A DNA stretch of 55,890 nt, the filler included, from Sphacelaria rigidula (Eukaryota), in the NCBI GenBank assembly GCA_964200075.2. It is 6 parts of 6 records of this genome, joined end to end, with 100 filler letters (N's around TTAATTAATTAA, not from the genome) between each part and the next. Parts side by side here need not be neighbours in the genome. Positions count along the whole stretch, not along the records: positions 18,665 to 27,896 come from CAXNAA020008977.1; positions 27,997 to 37,228 come from CAXNAA020008978.1; positions 37,329 to 46,559 come from CAXNAA020008979.1; 3 more parts are not named here. One strand, 5' to 3'. The first letter of the stretch is position 1. Each line of letters starts with the position of its first letter. Made by a program: the position numbers and the translations under genes. The notes beneath the pieces were generated by a model. It searched no databases. It was given only the letters and a program-made list of their open reading frames with translations, and was not told the DNA's origin. Positions 25,297 through 37,653 of the stretch are shown one piece after another.

Positions 25297-26938
25297 ATGA
25301 AGTTGCAAGAGATGAATAACTGTACTGCATCAAGTATTGGCCTAATGCACCATTATCGAAACAGTATACATTGCCGACCATAGACCATGTATTATCCAGG
25401 GTGCGATACATTCACGACTATCACATTCTTGACTGATCGGCTACTCTCCTCAAGTTCACCCCCGTCTGCCGTACATGGTTTACGCTTTCGAGATGATGTG
25501 CGTGGGTTTAGAGGGGTACGCGAGTGGGTAGACATGCTCTTGAACCAACCTAACACCGACAGTGCCGACCTACACACTTCCTCCTTTCAACAACCACAGG
25601 GAGAAAACAACGCGAACGTGACTTGTAGTGTCGTTGAGCCACGCGAAGCGTTGCGTAACTCAGCTAAAAAAAATCACGTATATTGGGGCTCCGTCAGAAC
25701 GGGTGAACGCATAGGGTCTCAGGATTGACATACGAGCTGGGCCAGCCTAAAAACGGATTCAAGCTCCCAAGACAATATCGCATCGACACAGACGAGGTGG
25801 GCGTGATCCGCATATCGTATTAATCGTCAACCAAGGGGAAGGTGCCCATCTGCTCGAAAGTGTGGACCAATATTCTCTCGTTGGCTAAACCCCATGCCTA
25901 GCAATGCCTGTGCCGTACGGAGATAGCGTCTGTACTAAAATCTAGTATAAAACCCCGAACGATATTTTTTCAGCGCATGACGATTTTTGATGTGGACATT
26001 TCATGGAGCATGGGGAGACAATCGATACCCTCACCTTCACCCACTTCGTCATCCATTTCGAAATAGGGCGCGCATTAGGTTTTATACTATTTCAATATAT
26101 TACGAGCAGAGGCACTAGATACCCCAAATTTGGATATCACGTCTCATATTTTGTCTGTTGGAAGTGAGCTTTTTCTTTCGCATCTCCTTCTCTCGCCACG
26201 AAATATATATATATATATATATATATGGTATACCGGTGGCCACTCATGAGACAGGCTGTCCGGTCCAGTCATCACGTACCCTACTCCGAATGTTCAAAGT
26301 CCTCCAGAACAAGATCACTGTCCGACAACACAAGGGTCACGCAACAATCGTGGGAGTATTCCTATTTCAATTGCCCTCAGCATTCAAGTGGTTATTAAAA
26401 CCGGTATCGCCACAGCCGCGATACATCACCACTGTACACCGAAGTACAGCAGCAAACGTGGCTCGGTAATCTCATGTCGAATTTATCATAGGGCAATAGA
26501 GCGAAGAAAACGCCAAACCTTCCCGATAACGCTTGGGCTTTAGTTCCGTATGCGCGCATAAAGTTGAGCTTCATTTCGGGTTTCTTAGCTTCAACCTGTT
26601 TAGCTCAAAGCCTATAACTCGCATAACGCGAATGAAGTTGCGATATTATTTTGCTCGCGAGTGCTCGATGTGGCGTAACTCGTCACCACCAGGCGGACAA
26701 GTTGAATTTCCATGGTCATGTTTTGTGTTCCAATTTTGTTGCGGATCTGATGAGCAGACTGCTCCACTTTACATTTATTACACATGGTACTGTGTTGGTT
26801 TCAAAACTATGAGAAGATACTGAAATGAATTATGCATTTGTACTTTGTACGAAGTACAGCAGACAGCAGTATATTAACAGCAGCACCAACAGAGACAAGT
26901 GACAACGAATGATCGCAGCGTTTGTGACTCACGAGGTC

Positions 26939-27200
26939 ATGGCGGGCCTACTGTCCGAGAAGGACGACTTTTCGGTCGCGGCCTCAGGCGCGCACTCGGA
27001 GTACGGTTTGCTGTGGTTTTGAGATGACAACAAGAACAGGCTTCCCAGTTGGTATCTCGTAGCGATGGATATTGTACTTATTCAGCTATCGAACGCGTCT
27101 GTGAAGCGAGTGCTTTCGATTTAGAGGGGGTGATTGAACTCCCGGCAGGAGAAGGCCTTGACTGGCTCGAATCCGCAGATATGAAGAAATACAATCGGTA
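26939..27200 (+). mobile_element. degraded hAT transposase C-terminal dimerisation domain
   Basis: LLWF*DDNKNRLPSWYLVAMDIVLIQLSNASVKRVLSI*..LNSRQEKAL/DWLESADMKKYNR matches the hAT W....LP.W...A......SSA.VER.FS pattern, with stops and a frameshift. Confidence 0.65.
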
Positions 27201-27896
27201 TTGGTACAGTAGTTCGACAAGATTTTCAATTTCGACTGACGGTAGATACGGGGGGAGGGGTGGTAGCTGGTAGCTTGCCGGGCGAGAGGTCAAAGACCGC
27301 AATGCCCCACGTCTAGAGACTACAATGCCGTACTGCTGTATCAAGTATCGTACGTATAGTGGCGTTTGTTGTTTCCGTACGTGGGTTACGGTGCAAGTGT
27401 GCAGGTTGTGGTCTCCAAACTCAATAACTGAAAAGTTTTATTTTTCAGTGATGAATAATCAACAAAAATTCGAATGCCCAACTTGTCTTGTCCTCATGCT
27501 AGAAGGCGCGCCTCGTGACGGGATACCGCCACAACGCCGCAACAAGGACGGGAATAAGGCGCATAAAGCGTGCCTGATTTGCGCTAAACAAGCTTGTACA
27601 AAAAAAATGGAGCTTGACCCTTTTGGGACTGGGCCTCCAGAACGACCAACGAGCCTGATTAGGAATGACGTGTCCTGCATATGCATGAAACCGTGGCTTC
27701 GTGTTGCTAAAAATCAACGAATGTATGTCACGGCAGGCTTAGATGAAGACTGAAAGTTTCATCCAACCTATTTTCAGGTACAAGCTGGATGTTAATTCGG
27801 ATGTTGTGCGCATCAGGCAATGTACAGATGTATCAAGCAGTATCAGTCGCGATGGAGAGCTTTCAACAGGATGTGGCAACCGCTGCCCGCCACTTG

Positions 27897-27996
27897 NNNN
27901 NNNNNNNNNNNNNNNNNNNNNNNNNNNNNNNNNNNNNNNNTTAATTAATTAANNNNNNNNNNNNNNNNNNNNNNNNNNNNNNNNNNNNNNNNNNNN
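27897..27996. other. artificial contig linker
   Basis: Identical 100-nt spacer. Confidence 0.97.
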
Positions 27997-28528
27997 GCTC
28001 CACCTTCATGCGGTTCGCCAAACACATCACGGGACTGCGCGCTTGGTGATTGAGTGCGAGCCTGGTCCAGCGAAAACCCGGCGTGCTCCGTCCCGACTTT
28101 GTAGGGATGCGAGGACACTAGTCTTATGACTGTGGCATGCATGATCATGAGAACACCCCCCCCTGGGAGATTAAAAAAAAAAGAACGGGTACATAAATGT
28201 GCGGGATTTGTTTTTTCGTGCACCCCTGTGTTCTCCGACAATAAAAAGTGCAGCACAAGAACAGACAATACTGCCATGCACGGTATTGCCTTCGTGGTAG
28301 GATGTAGATGGCAATTTGCGTAGTGTCGTAGTAGCACAGCGGTCCAGGGGCAATAGATACTGACACTGCGGTCCATGCGACGATGCAAAGGAGACGATGA
28401 GTGATGGTTACCCTAGAACCGCTGGTCGGAGGCCATTGCTCGCCTGTGTCTACTAGGGCGATGTGTTACGCGACGTGGACGGTGGACCACTGAGGGTCGC
28501 GGGGCCCTTGGATAACACGGGAGATGTC

Positions 28529-28666
28529 CACACCCTGGACAACAGATTGTATTGTAAAAAAATGCCCTGCGTACAATATGGAATATATCGTCTGCTGCAA
28601 TAGGTGCAATAGTCGATACTGTACGCCGTACAGTTTTTGACTGTGTATTCTGTTGTCCAGAGTGTG
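28529..28666. mobile_element. hAT-type MITE
   Basis: TIR cacaccctggacaacaga / tctgttgtccagagtgtg; TSD gagatgtc / gagaagtc. Confidence 0.78.
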
Positions 28667-31475
28667 GAGAAGTCAACGCGTGGTGTGCTCCGTCATTGCT
28701 ATCGTCCAATCAACTTGCACTGGGGACTGTCGTCAAGCACTCTCATACAAGCCCTTGACTGCAAAGATGGGCAAATGCGATGTGGGATGTACGTGCCAAA
28801 AAGGACCAATTTTGACCCCCGAGTATACCTGCGTTACGACCGGAGTTGGCAGATGCACTTATTCAGACAGAACGCGAAGGGTCCATCTGGGTCTATTATA
28901 TCTTGGCTTTAGTGTGCTTCCCTCTCACCCACTTACCCACGACAACACTGTTCTATTCATGTATTATTCCAGCTCGTGGCGAGCAGCGTGCTGCTGTCCT
29001 TTACGCTCCATACTTGACACTTCCCTGTTTCTTAGGTTATTGCTGCTTCATGATCATTAGGCGCTGTTTTTCATAATATGAAGCACTCTCCTTGCACTTC
29101 TTCACCAACCTCGCGGCTAGAAAAATAGACCCAATCTTTTCTTCCCCCTTCGGCGATTTGGATTATGACGCACATTTCTTTTCGCTTGCGGCGAAAAACG
29201 TTGCGCGTGACAAATTGCCCGGTACGGTGTGCCGCACATGCCACATTGCAGGGTCCGCACTTTCAATCCAGCTGGCGCGCTACCGGAACACCGCAATACC
29301 TTCGTCGAGCGCTGCGTCAGCTCGTTGCACCTTTCCTACCGCTCGCTGCCTTGTTTTCACATCCCCAGTCACTTCAACCTCGCCGAAATGCTTGCTGCTG
29401 TACTCGTCCACGCGTGATTTTCGCGCAAAGTGACCAGAGCATAGCCTTATTCTGTTGTCGCAGCAAGTAGTACCACGACCACAGCACCTAGAGTCTCATT
29501 CGAAGCCTTCAGCTTCATGGTGCCGCCGTAGTGCGTCATTGGAGAGTGTGACGGAAACGAACGGGGATGTCACACCACAGTGTAAGCCCCATGGTTGATC
29601 TGGCAAAGATGTTTTTGTCACAGATCTCGGGTGAACATTCGTGTCGAGGCGTGACGTCCGCAACCCGCGCACCGCGGTGCTTGTTGCAGTGATGCCTTAC
29701 TCGTAGTCTTGGGGTACAACTCATACCTTCTCTGCTATAAAGAGGCAGCGCCCCCCACGCCGGTGCTCGGTATGCGACTGGGTAGGCTCATTTCTACAAT
29801 TGAAATACACTTTTGTTCCTTCGAGTTGTTGGTCACGTGTCGAGGTTAAGCGTACTTCGTGTCTGCCAGATTCTTAACATTGGAGCATATAGTGGTTGAT
29901 GACATAGATCGGTGTTGAAGCCACAGGTTCGGTGGCGCATGGCACTCAGGACGCTGTGGGTGTCGAAACAGTTATCAGCATGGCGCCCTTTTTTGTCAGT
30001 ACTCATTGCCTAATGGCAATTATAGAGGATACGCCATCAAACTGGCACGGAGGCAGCAAGGGATCCTGCCAGCTGTGCCAAGGAACTTAGTCCGCTCATG
30101 CATCAGCGCTCGAAATTACACAGCTAACAAACACCTGTTAGGCTCCGTTGTATACCTGGGGGTACTGGACTAAGCGCTCCCGCTGCAATCGCGATGGCTC
30201 GACGTTGAGCTCCCTTGGCGCGAACTGCGGGTCCTATCAAGGACCCCTACAAAGCTTCCTGGCAAGCTTGCAACGCCCCTCCAAAGACCATACTAATGTA
30301 GAGCTTCCGGGCGAGACAGCGTGACAACCACAGAGATGGTTGCTATTGCATTCTCCTCCCAGTTTCGAGTAAGAGTATGGGAGGTGAGGGTTTGTACGCG
30401 AATATTTTGGTGGTTCAGCAGCTTCCACTTCGCCGGAAGCTCGGCGAGCTCTTGCAAAGTATTTTACTAACAAAGACACCCGTTATGCGATAATATGCAA
30501 GTCTCGTTTCACACCAGACACAGCAGCACAGTGCCCGTGTGCACAGAGTGGCGCCCGCAACTTTGAAAGCACAGTTCCAATTTAGTCGTGTACTCTCGGG
30601 TGGGGGCAGGTTTTGAGTAGCAACCGCTTGCGATCTGCGCATTGACGTAGCTCCTTCGTTATGCTCATTCCTCCACTGAGGTTGGATGCCTGTTGCGCCG
30701 ACAGTCCATTCTGATTGTCATCACCGGTTTTGCCAGGATGGCTTCTTCTTTGAGCTCAATTCAATTGATACTGCCGAACATGGCTACTCCAAGTGGAACA
30801 CTACAGTCAGTGTAACATCAAGGAATCAGAAGCCTCCGTATCATCAAAAAATACCACAACGAGCAGCATACGTTCTCCAAATGTGAAGGGAACACTACAC
30901 GAGCTACACGACGCTGCGCTCTCAAAGGCTTCTCCTGAAGATTCAACTTTAACCCTTTGACCGCAAACCCGCGGCAGGTGAACTGTGATGGACCATGCCA
31001 CATCCGGGGTTCAGAACGGCTCTTTTTTCGAAGAACAATATGCCTATTTTCATGAGCGTGCGGGTGTTGGCCATGTATGTAGAAAACAATCCCGGAGAAC
31101 CTCTGATGGGTTTTGAGCTACAAGCTAAGTGCGTGTAACGCGGTGCGGGGGTGTTGATCCAATCCGCGAGACCGAAATGCAAGGCGTGTGCCGGAAGGAA
31201 GATGAGATGAACCCTTGAGACCACGGATTCGTCCCGAGGAAGGGGAGGGCTTGGAGGGGTAACGGAAAAAACAAAAAAAACACCGAGGGGGGGCGCTGCA
31301 GTCCTGCCGAATCAATTGTCTCTGCAAGCGACACCAATCACGTTCATCTGATGCCTGGCCCGCAATCGTTGTGCCCTGCATCCTCCCAAACAGCGTGGTG
31401 AAGGGCACGACGGTCACCCCGGGTGCGCTTGCGGCGAACGCGGGAGAGGCCAGTGCCCTCCCACTGCGCAAAGCA

Positions 31476-34400
31476 ATGGCAGTCAATCGGGCTGCAACTG
31501 GAGCTGCTGCTGCTGCCGCTGATAACGTCGGCGACGCTAGCGCGGTAGCGGCGGCGGCCGCAAGTAATGCGAGTACGACGGAGAAGACCGGAACGGCCGA
31601 CGACACTGCTGCTGCAGCGGCAGCGGCAGCGGCCCTTGGCGGAGGAGGACCCACGCATCTTGTGGTCCTCGGTGAGAGCACTTCGGTGTCGATGAACAGT
31701 GGACGCACTGCTCGTCTTACTCGCGTGTACAACAGGTGTCTTTTGCTTGAAGCTATCACCGAACCGGATTCGTGCACTGCGTTATGCAGAGCACTCTCTT
31801 CGCCACTTTGCTTCGCGGAGTAGTACGATTTCACAGCTGTTGTCATGGCGGTCCCACAGTACGCCGTACATTCTGACACACAGAATCTCGTTTGCTTCAA
31901 CAAAAACTCTACATTTTGGATATAAATACTGCTACTGCCCCTGCTGCTGCCGCTGTTTAAACCACGAAAATATCTCTCGATACAGTTCATGGGCTGGCCG
32001 GAACACCAGAGGATTTGGCGTACCTGAAGGCGACCGTGGAAAAACGGAGCGGGCCGGGGATGCTGGTGCACCTGGCCCGCTGTAATCTAGATAAGACAAA
32101 GGACGGTGTGGCGGAGGGTGGGACACGACTTGCCAAAGAGGTATTGGGTACAGCGCCGGCTACGACACAGAAACACCTCGGGAAGGAGCGGGCAGGGGGG
32201 TGCTCATATCGTTTTGTGGTGTACGCGAATCCTCCTTTTAGGTAACGTACAGTTGGACATCCACTCCGGCGGTGATCACGCCCAGATATGATAACTTTTT
32301 GTTCGCATAGCAAATTTTAGTTTTCACCATTCGTTCTCGCGTTCAAAACGCTTGCCTTCTGAAGTGCCGACGCGTAGCGGTCGAGAGATGATGCCCTCAT
32401 CCTGTGTTTACTCCGGCGTACTCCAAGCGAGGTGTGTTGATGATCTCACGCCACTCTCTACATGGTACATCACAAATTCCAGGCCGTAGCAAGAGTAACG
32501 TGAGCGCGAAAAATACGATCTTGACGCACAATGATTTGCTCTTCATCATGAAGTTTTTCCTCGCCTCTGCTCGAAACACTGTTGAATACCTCCCTGTTTC
32601 CCGAATCAGGTGCTCGGATTGGTCGAATCGACCCCCTCGCTCAGTCGCATCAGCCTAGTGGGCAACAGCCTGGGGGGCCTGTACGTACGCTACGCCGCCA
32701 AACTATTGTACCGCGAGGACGGCGTTGGCGGTGATGCTGCACCTAGCCAAAATGTAACCGGTCGTGGTGGCACCGTGGCAGGCCTCACACCGACCGTATT
32801 CATGACCATTGCTACTCCGCACCTGGGTTTGCGTCATTTTTTTTACGTTCCGCTCCCACTTCAAGGCCTGGCACGTGGTGTTATCGGGCGAACTGGCTCC
32901 GACTTATTTCTCACCGACAGGAGCCGTAACGCGCCGGTACAGCAACAAAAAAGAGCTCCAACAACATCTGTATCGTCACCGGACTTCCGTGTTGGGAATG
33001 TCTCGGCGATGTCAGCAGGCAGGGCGGCGAGCTTGGGACCCGGGAGTATTCTTGAGACGGGAGACGGGGGCGGGCGGTTAGCGCCAGCGGGTGCTGGTAT
33101 TGGAGACTCACCGGCGGCGACAGAAATCCTAGATCAGGAGACAGTCGTCGGCGATGGTGTCTCCCGCAAGGCACAAAGCAATCGAAACTCGGAGATGCCG
33201 TTGCTATACGATATGGCAACGTCAGAGGACTTCCTGAAGCCGTTGAAAGCTTTCAGTATCCGCCGAGCCTACGCCAACCGGCGCGGAGATTTTTTGGTGC
33301 ACTACGGGACAGCAGCTTTCCTGGAGCCGAATGAGGAGGGTACAGCGGGCGCGCCCGGGCGCGGCGGGGGCGCCAGCGGTGAATCTGATGGTGCTACTGG
33401 AGCAAGCACGAGCATGGGATTATTGGGCCGGTTGCTGGGAACGAAGCAAGGATTGATCGTGGGGTCATGGCGCTTGCCGCCAGGTGCGGGCGTGCACGCT
33501 CGAGAGGGGCGAAGAAACGACCGGGCTGGTCTGGAAAATGCCGAACCATCGGCAGCGGTGACAACGACGGCCGACGAAGGAGTCCATGCGAAGAACACCG
33601 CGATTTTGGACGGGGTCCCAGGGGTGTTACAAGACGGCGGGAAGAAAATGGAGCAGGAGATGGCGGCCGGGCTGAACTCTTGCGGATGGCAAAAGGTACG
33701 ACTGAGAACTCAAAATATGATCGCAAGTTTCATTTTCGTTACTTTCAACAGCCGGTCGTTCGTGGGAAATGCATTGTGTTGGGTGCACGCTCAACAACCT
33801 CGCTTCATACAGGCCGGTCTCAGCGAAAGCGAACACCTCACGCTTCTTTGAGGATATTTTGCTCGACGTTGGGGACGTCGGACGTGAAGCGTACAGGAAA
33901 TTAGCGGAGAGACCGGTCGACGGCCGCCAATTTCGTTTGGGAAATTCTTCTCCCTGTTATTGAAATTCGATTCGTTTGACTGATTCTCCTGCATAAAGAT
34001 CCATATGTGACTATGATTTTCCAAATAACGGAATTACTCTGTTTGTTCGCGTAGTTGTGAATTTTCTATCCCTCTCAGGTAGCTGTCATTGAGCTTTCGC
34101 CCCAAGAACGTGCAATTCTTCATTTGATGGACACATTGTCCTTTTTGACTTTTTCTGTGAGTGTGTTTCTTGGTACTTTGGGCGGCAGCTCTGGTTGCTT
34201 GAAATCGTCCGTCACTGCTTGGGGGCATCCGGCCATTTGTCCAGAGCCGTTCACGAACGAGACAGTCACTCGTTTCTTTCCTTTTGTTTTCAGTCACTTT
34301 GTGCATAAAGATAATATCTACCGAACGCTTAATTTTTCGCTTCCCCGAAAATACGGCTAGGCGGATTCTGCTACCTCGGAATGGACTACTTCAATGTCGG

Positions 34401-34966
34401 ACACTTTCAGGACACTTTTCAGATTTCTCGATGTGACTCAAAGCCACACTGTGCGCACGCGGAGAATCAACAAACTGTGTTGGAATCCTCTCTCGAAAGG
34501 ACAGCAAATCATTCCGAGATGACAGATCTCGCCTGATCCTCTTATCGGACGAGGAAAAGACGCCGAAGCACCGAAACGGGCATTTTGATGCAGACGGATT
34601 TGTTCACGTGCATCGCTGTGAGCGGCAATTACCCCAGGGAGTGTTTCTGTGTCGACGTCATAATTTCTTTTTCACAAACGCGTGGTATCTCTTCATGCCG
34701 ACTGTTGTGTTATTTTGATCTTCTGCTTTATGCGCGATCGGTGGGCGTTGCACGTGCTTGTCCAGGTGGCTGTAGACTTTGGCGGCTTGCTGCCCTTCTC
34801 ACACAACAAGATCTGTGCGCTCTCCCGGACGCCGTTTCAGGAAGCCCTGTACAGTGCGGGGAAAAATATCATGGATCACGCTGCAGAGCTTTTAGCCGGG
34901 AGGTTCGATGAAAATGACAGCGATATTGTAAATCCGGTAGATGGACCACCAGAAAATCGGAATTGA
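31476..34966 (+). CDS. DUF676 putative lipase/serine esterase (alpha/beta hydrolase)
   Basis: Exons ~31476-31671 (start uncertain; frame is open further upstream), 31986-32140, 32610-33695 and 34766-34966 (TGA), phases 1, 0, 0. Motifs THLVVL|VHGLAG, T.DGVAEGG.RLA.E, ISLVGNSLGGLY.RYA (nucleophile elbow), FMTIATPHLG, FLKPL.AF..RRAYAN, V.V.F......HNKI. Confidence 0.9.
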
Positions 34967-36652
34967 TCGGCCTTGGGATGTTGCGTGTATAGAGTACCTT
35001 TTGTTGCTGTGGTCGGTGTTGTTGTGTCATATGATGCGGTTGGGGGGGTATATCGGTTCCGAGTGGCAGGAACTTCATCACCAGAGATGTGTGTACTTCT
35101 TCATGAATAATGACGTGTGCCGTACTTTATTTTCTCGACGGAGCGCTGTAGGCGCTGGCCTCGCCCATGTGGTTGTGTCCTGCCGCGCAGACTCACTATG
35201 GTTACTGTGTTGTCGTCGACGTCGTGTGAGGTATGAGATGTGAAGTGAAGATGAGTCATGGACGTTAAACTTGTGCTGCCCGGGGAGTGCAGTTGAGGAG
35301 GTTGTGTCTGCGGTAATCGTGTGATTATGAATAGATATATCGTTGTTCCCTTCAGCCGTGAGAGAGGCGAAAGCATATGGACGAAGTCGGGGATGCGAAG
35401 CGTCTCGCTCGTTGTGTACTGCTGGCGAGGGCAGGGCGGGTTTGTGACAAGATGCATGAACATCGCATGTGTCAAAAACTGAATACCCCTCCAGAACAAT
35501 ATTCGTTGCAGAATATACCGGAATCATGTCTCCCCTCAGGCGAAGGCTTGTAATTGCCCCCTCTGAGTCGAAACTTTGATAGAGATGGAGACATCCCTCC
35601 CCACGCGCACCGACTGTACATGCACATGCGCTCACAGATTACAGTATGCCGGCAGCAAAGTCACCGCCACAGGTGTCTTTTTCCACGCCGCATGCCAAGA
35701 AAGTCCCAATTAGCGTTCATCTCTCATGCATTGCCCCAACGGGAATATGTAAGACTCTTGCCCTTGTGTCAAACGTCGGGCAAAATCAACGCTAATGACA
35801 CCCCCCGGCATGCGATTGGATCTCGGCTCAACGGTCATTCTTCTCGCGTGTGTAGATAGCGGGGATTGTGGTGACAAGAGCATTGCCCTGTGTTTCGACG
35901 ACGTGTTATGTAGCTCACAGAGGCACGTCATGTCCAAATCGGAAGGCAGAAAGGAATCGATCTTTGCATTGGTCAGCACCACAGACAAGACACGATTGTA
36001 TCAGTGCGGCATCCCGAGCGGCATAATCTCTTTTGCGGACGGTACAACGAACTGCCTGCCGTCCTTGTGCCGGGGATGGCAAACTGGGTATGATGTGGTA
36101 ACATCATGCCAATCACTCCAGCGGTCGGGAACCGCCGAATGAAGTCACCTACAAAAAGGGATCCAGCGAGGAGCTACCTCTCCACCATTCCTCATCCGGT
36201 GGCATCATCATCAACATACGTGTACACCGCATTAATTGGGTGTGTCCGCCGTAGCTGATTAGCTTTGACAGGAAGAAAAGATCCGCAAGTGCTTTCGTTT
36301 CGCAAAACTATTCCGGAAATATGTGAATTTTCGGAAGGTGGGTTGAGCCCCATTCGTTTTTATTATGTACGCGTGTGGGATCGTCGCACCTGCACTTTTT
36401 TTACTGTCTCTGTTCTACTGCTGCAGCTAGTATTAGTGCTGCTACTTTGCCGTACATTCGTCACATACTTCGCTGAATACAACGGCTGTTATATTCGTTT
36501 CGAATTAGAATTGGTACTTTTTCCGGATCATTTCTCGTTAAAGGCTGAACAGATTCAACGGCATGTTCGTTATATTAGGAACACGTTTATTTGTTCAAGG
36601 GTAGGTCGAGTAGAGTATGCACTTTTGAGTACTCGAGTAAAACATTCAAGTA

Positions 36653-37221
36653 TGTGACGGTTTAAGAGACAACCAACTAGACTACTGAGCAGTCAGCGCT
36701 GACTAGTTGTCTAGTTGGTTGTCTCTTAAACCGTCACAAAAGTTAGTCGTGGGGGTTCAATGTGGCGAAATCACGCCATCACGGTTGAGTATATAGTGGA
36801 TCCTGGATGATGACCAGGGGACAAGGGCTTCCTGTGGATGATGACCCTTGCTGTGTAGCCCAGGCCTGATGGTAGGCTGCAGGTGTTTACTCCGAAATAA
36901 TGATAAGGTGTTGTAAAGGCTGACAACTGAGACCTTGAGGCCAGTGGAGCTGGGGAGTCCCTCAACAGCATTTAGAGGCTGCGGTACTAACAAACCTGCT
37001 AGCGTCCCAATATCGATATTAGTGCTAGTGCTGGCGTGCAAGTAGATGCAATCGCTTGAGACTGCTGAATTCTTTTAGCAGGGAGAGTCTGGACAACTAG
37101 TGATTAGCTTCTGTGACGGTTTGAGAGACAACCACCTAGACTATTGACCAGTCAGCGCTGACTGGTCAATAGTTTAGTTAGTTGTCTCTTAAACCGTAAA
37201 AAAATTAGTCGTGGGGGTTCG
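36653..37221. repeat. two direct copies of an ~86-bp fold-back palindrome, each followed by the same ~20-bp motif
   Basis: 36653-36738 has perfect 30-bp arms tgtgacggtttaagagacaaccaactagac; second copy at 37112-~37198; both are followed by aaa(g/a)ttagtcgtgggggttc. Confidence 0.85.
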
Positions 37222-37228
37222 GTCCCCG

Positions 37229-37328
37229 NNNNNNNNNNNNNNNNNNNNNNNNNNNNNNNNNNNNNNNNNNNNTTAATTAATTAANNNNNNNNNNNNNNNN
37301 NNNNNNNNNNNNNNNNNNNNNNNNNNNN
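37229..37328. other. artificial contig linker
   Basis: Identical 100-nt spacer. Confidence 0.97.
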
Positions 37329-37653
37329 CCCGCCAAGAATGCTCGGCCCGAAGCCCACTGATTATCTTGCATTTGGATGACAGCCTCCAATGAGTTTCTT
37401 CATTGTCTGGTATCGCCACTTCCAGAGACAGCCACGTCTTTTAGACAGTAGTATCGAAAACAACAGGGAACCTAGACGCACTTAGCATGAGTAGAACCAA
37501 AAAGGGCTGGACAAAGAGAGTGTTGAAAACAAGGCTTGCTTCAACTTCTCGGGACGCGTTGTTCATCCAGACAGCAACGGAACGCCAAACTTCCAGCTCA
37601 ACGTCCGGAACTAAGTGCAGTCTGAAAAACGTGCGCGAGCGAACACGTGTGAA

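Noticed and set aside
31118-32071. 317-aa minus-strand ORF
   Set aside because: Antisense shadow of the Ala-rich first exons of the DUF676 gene.
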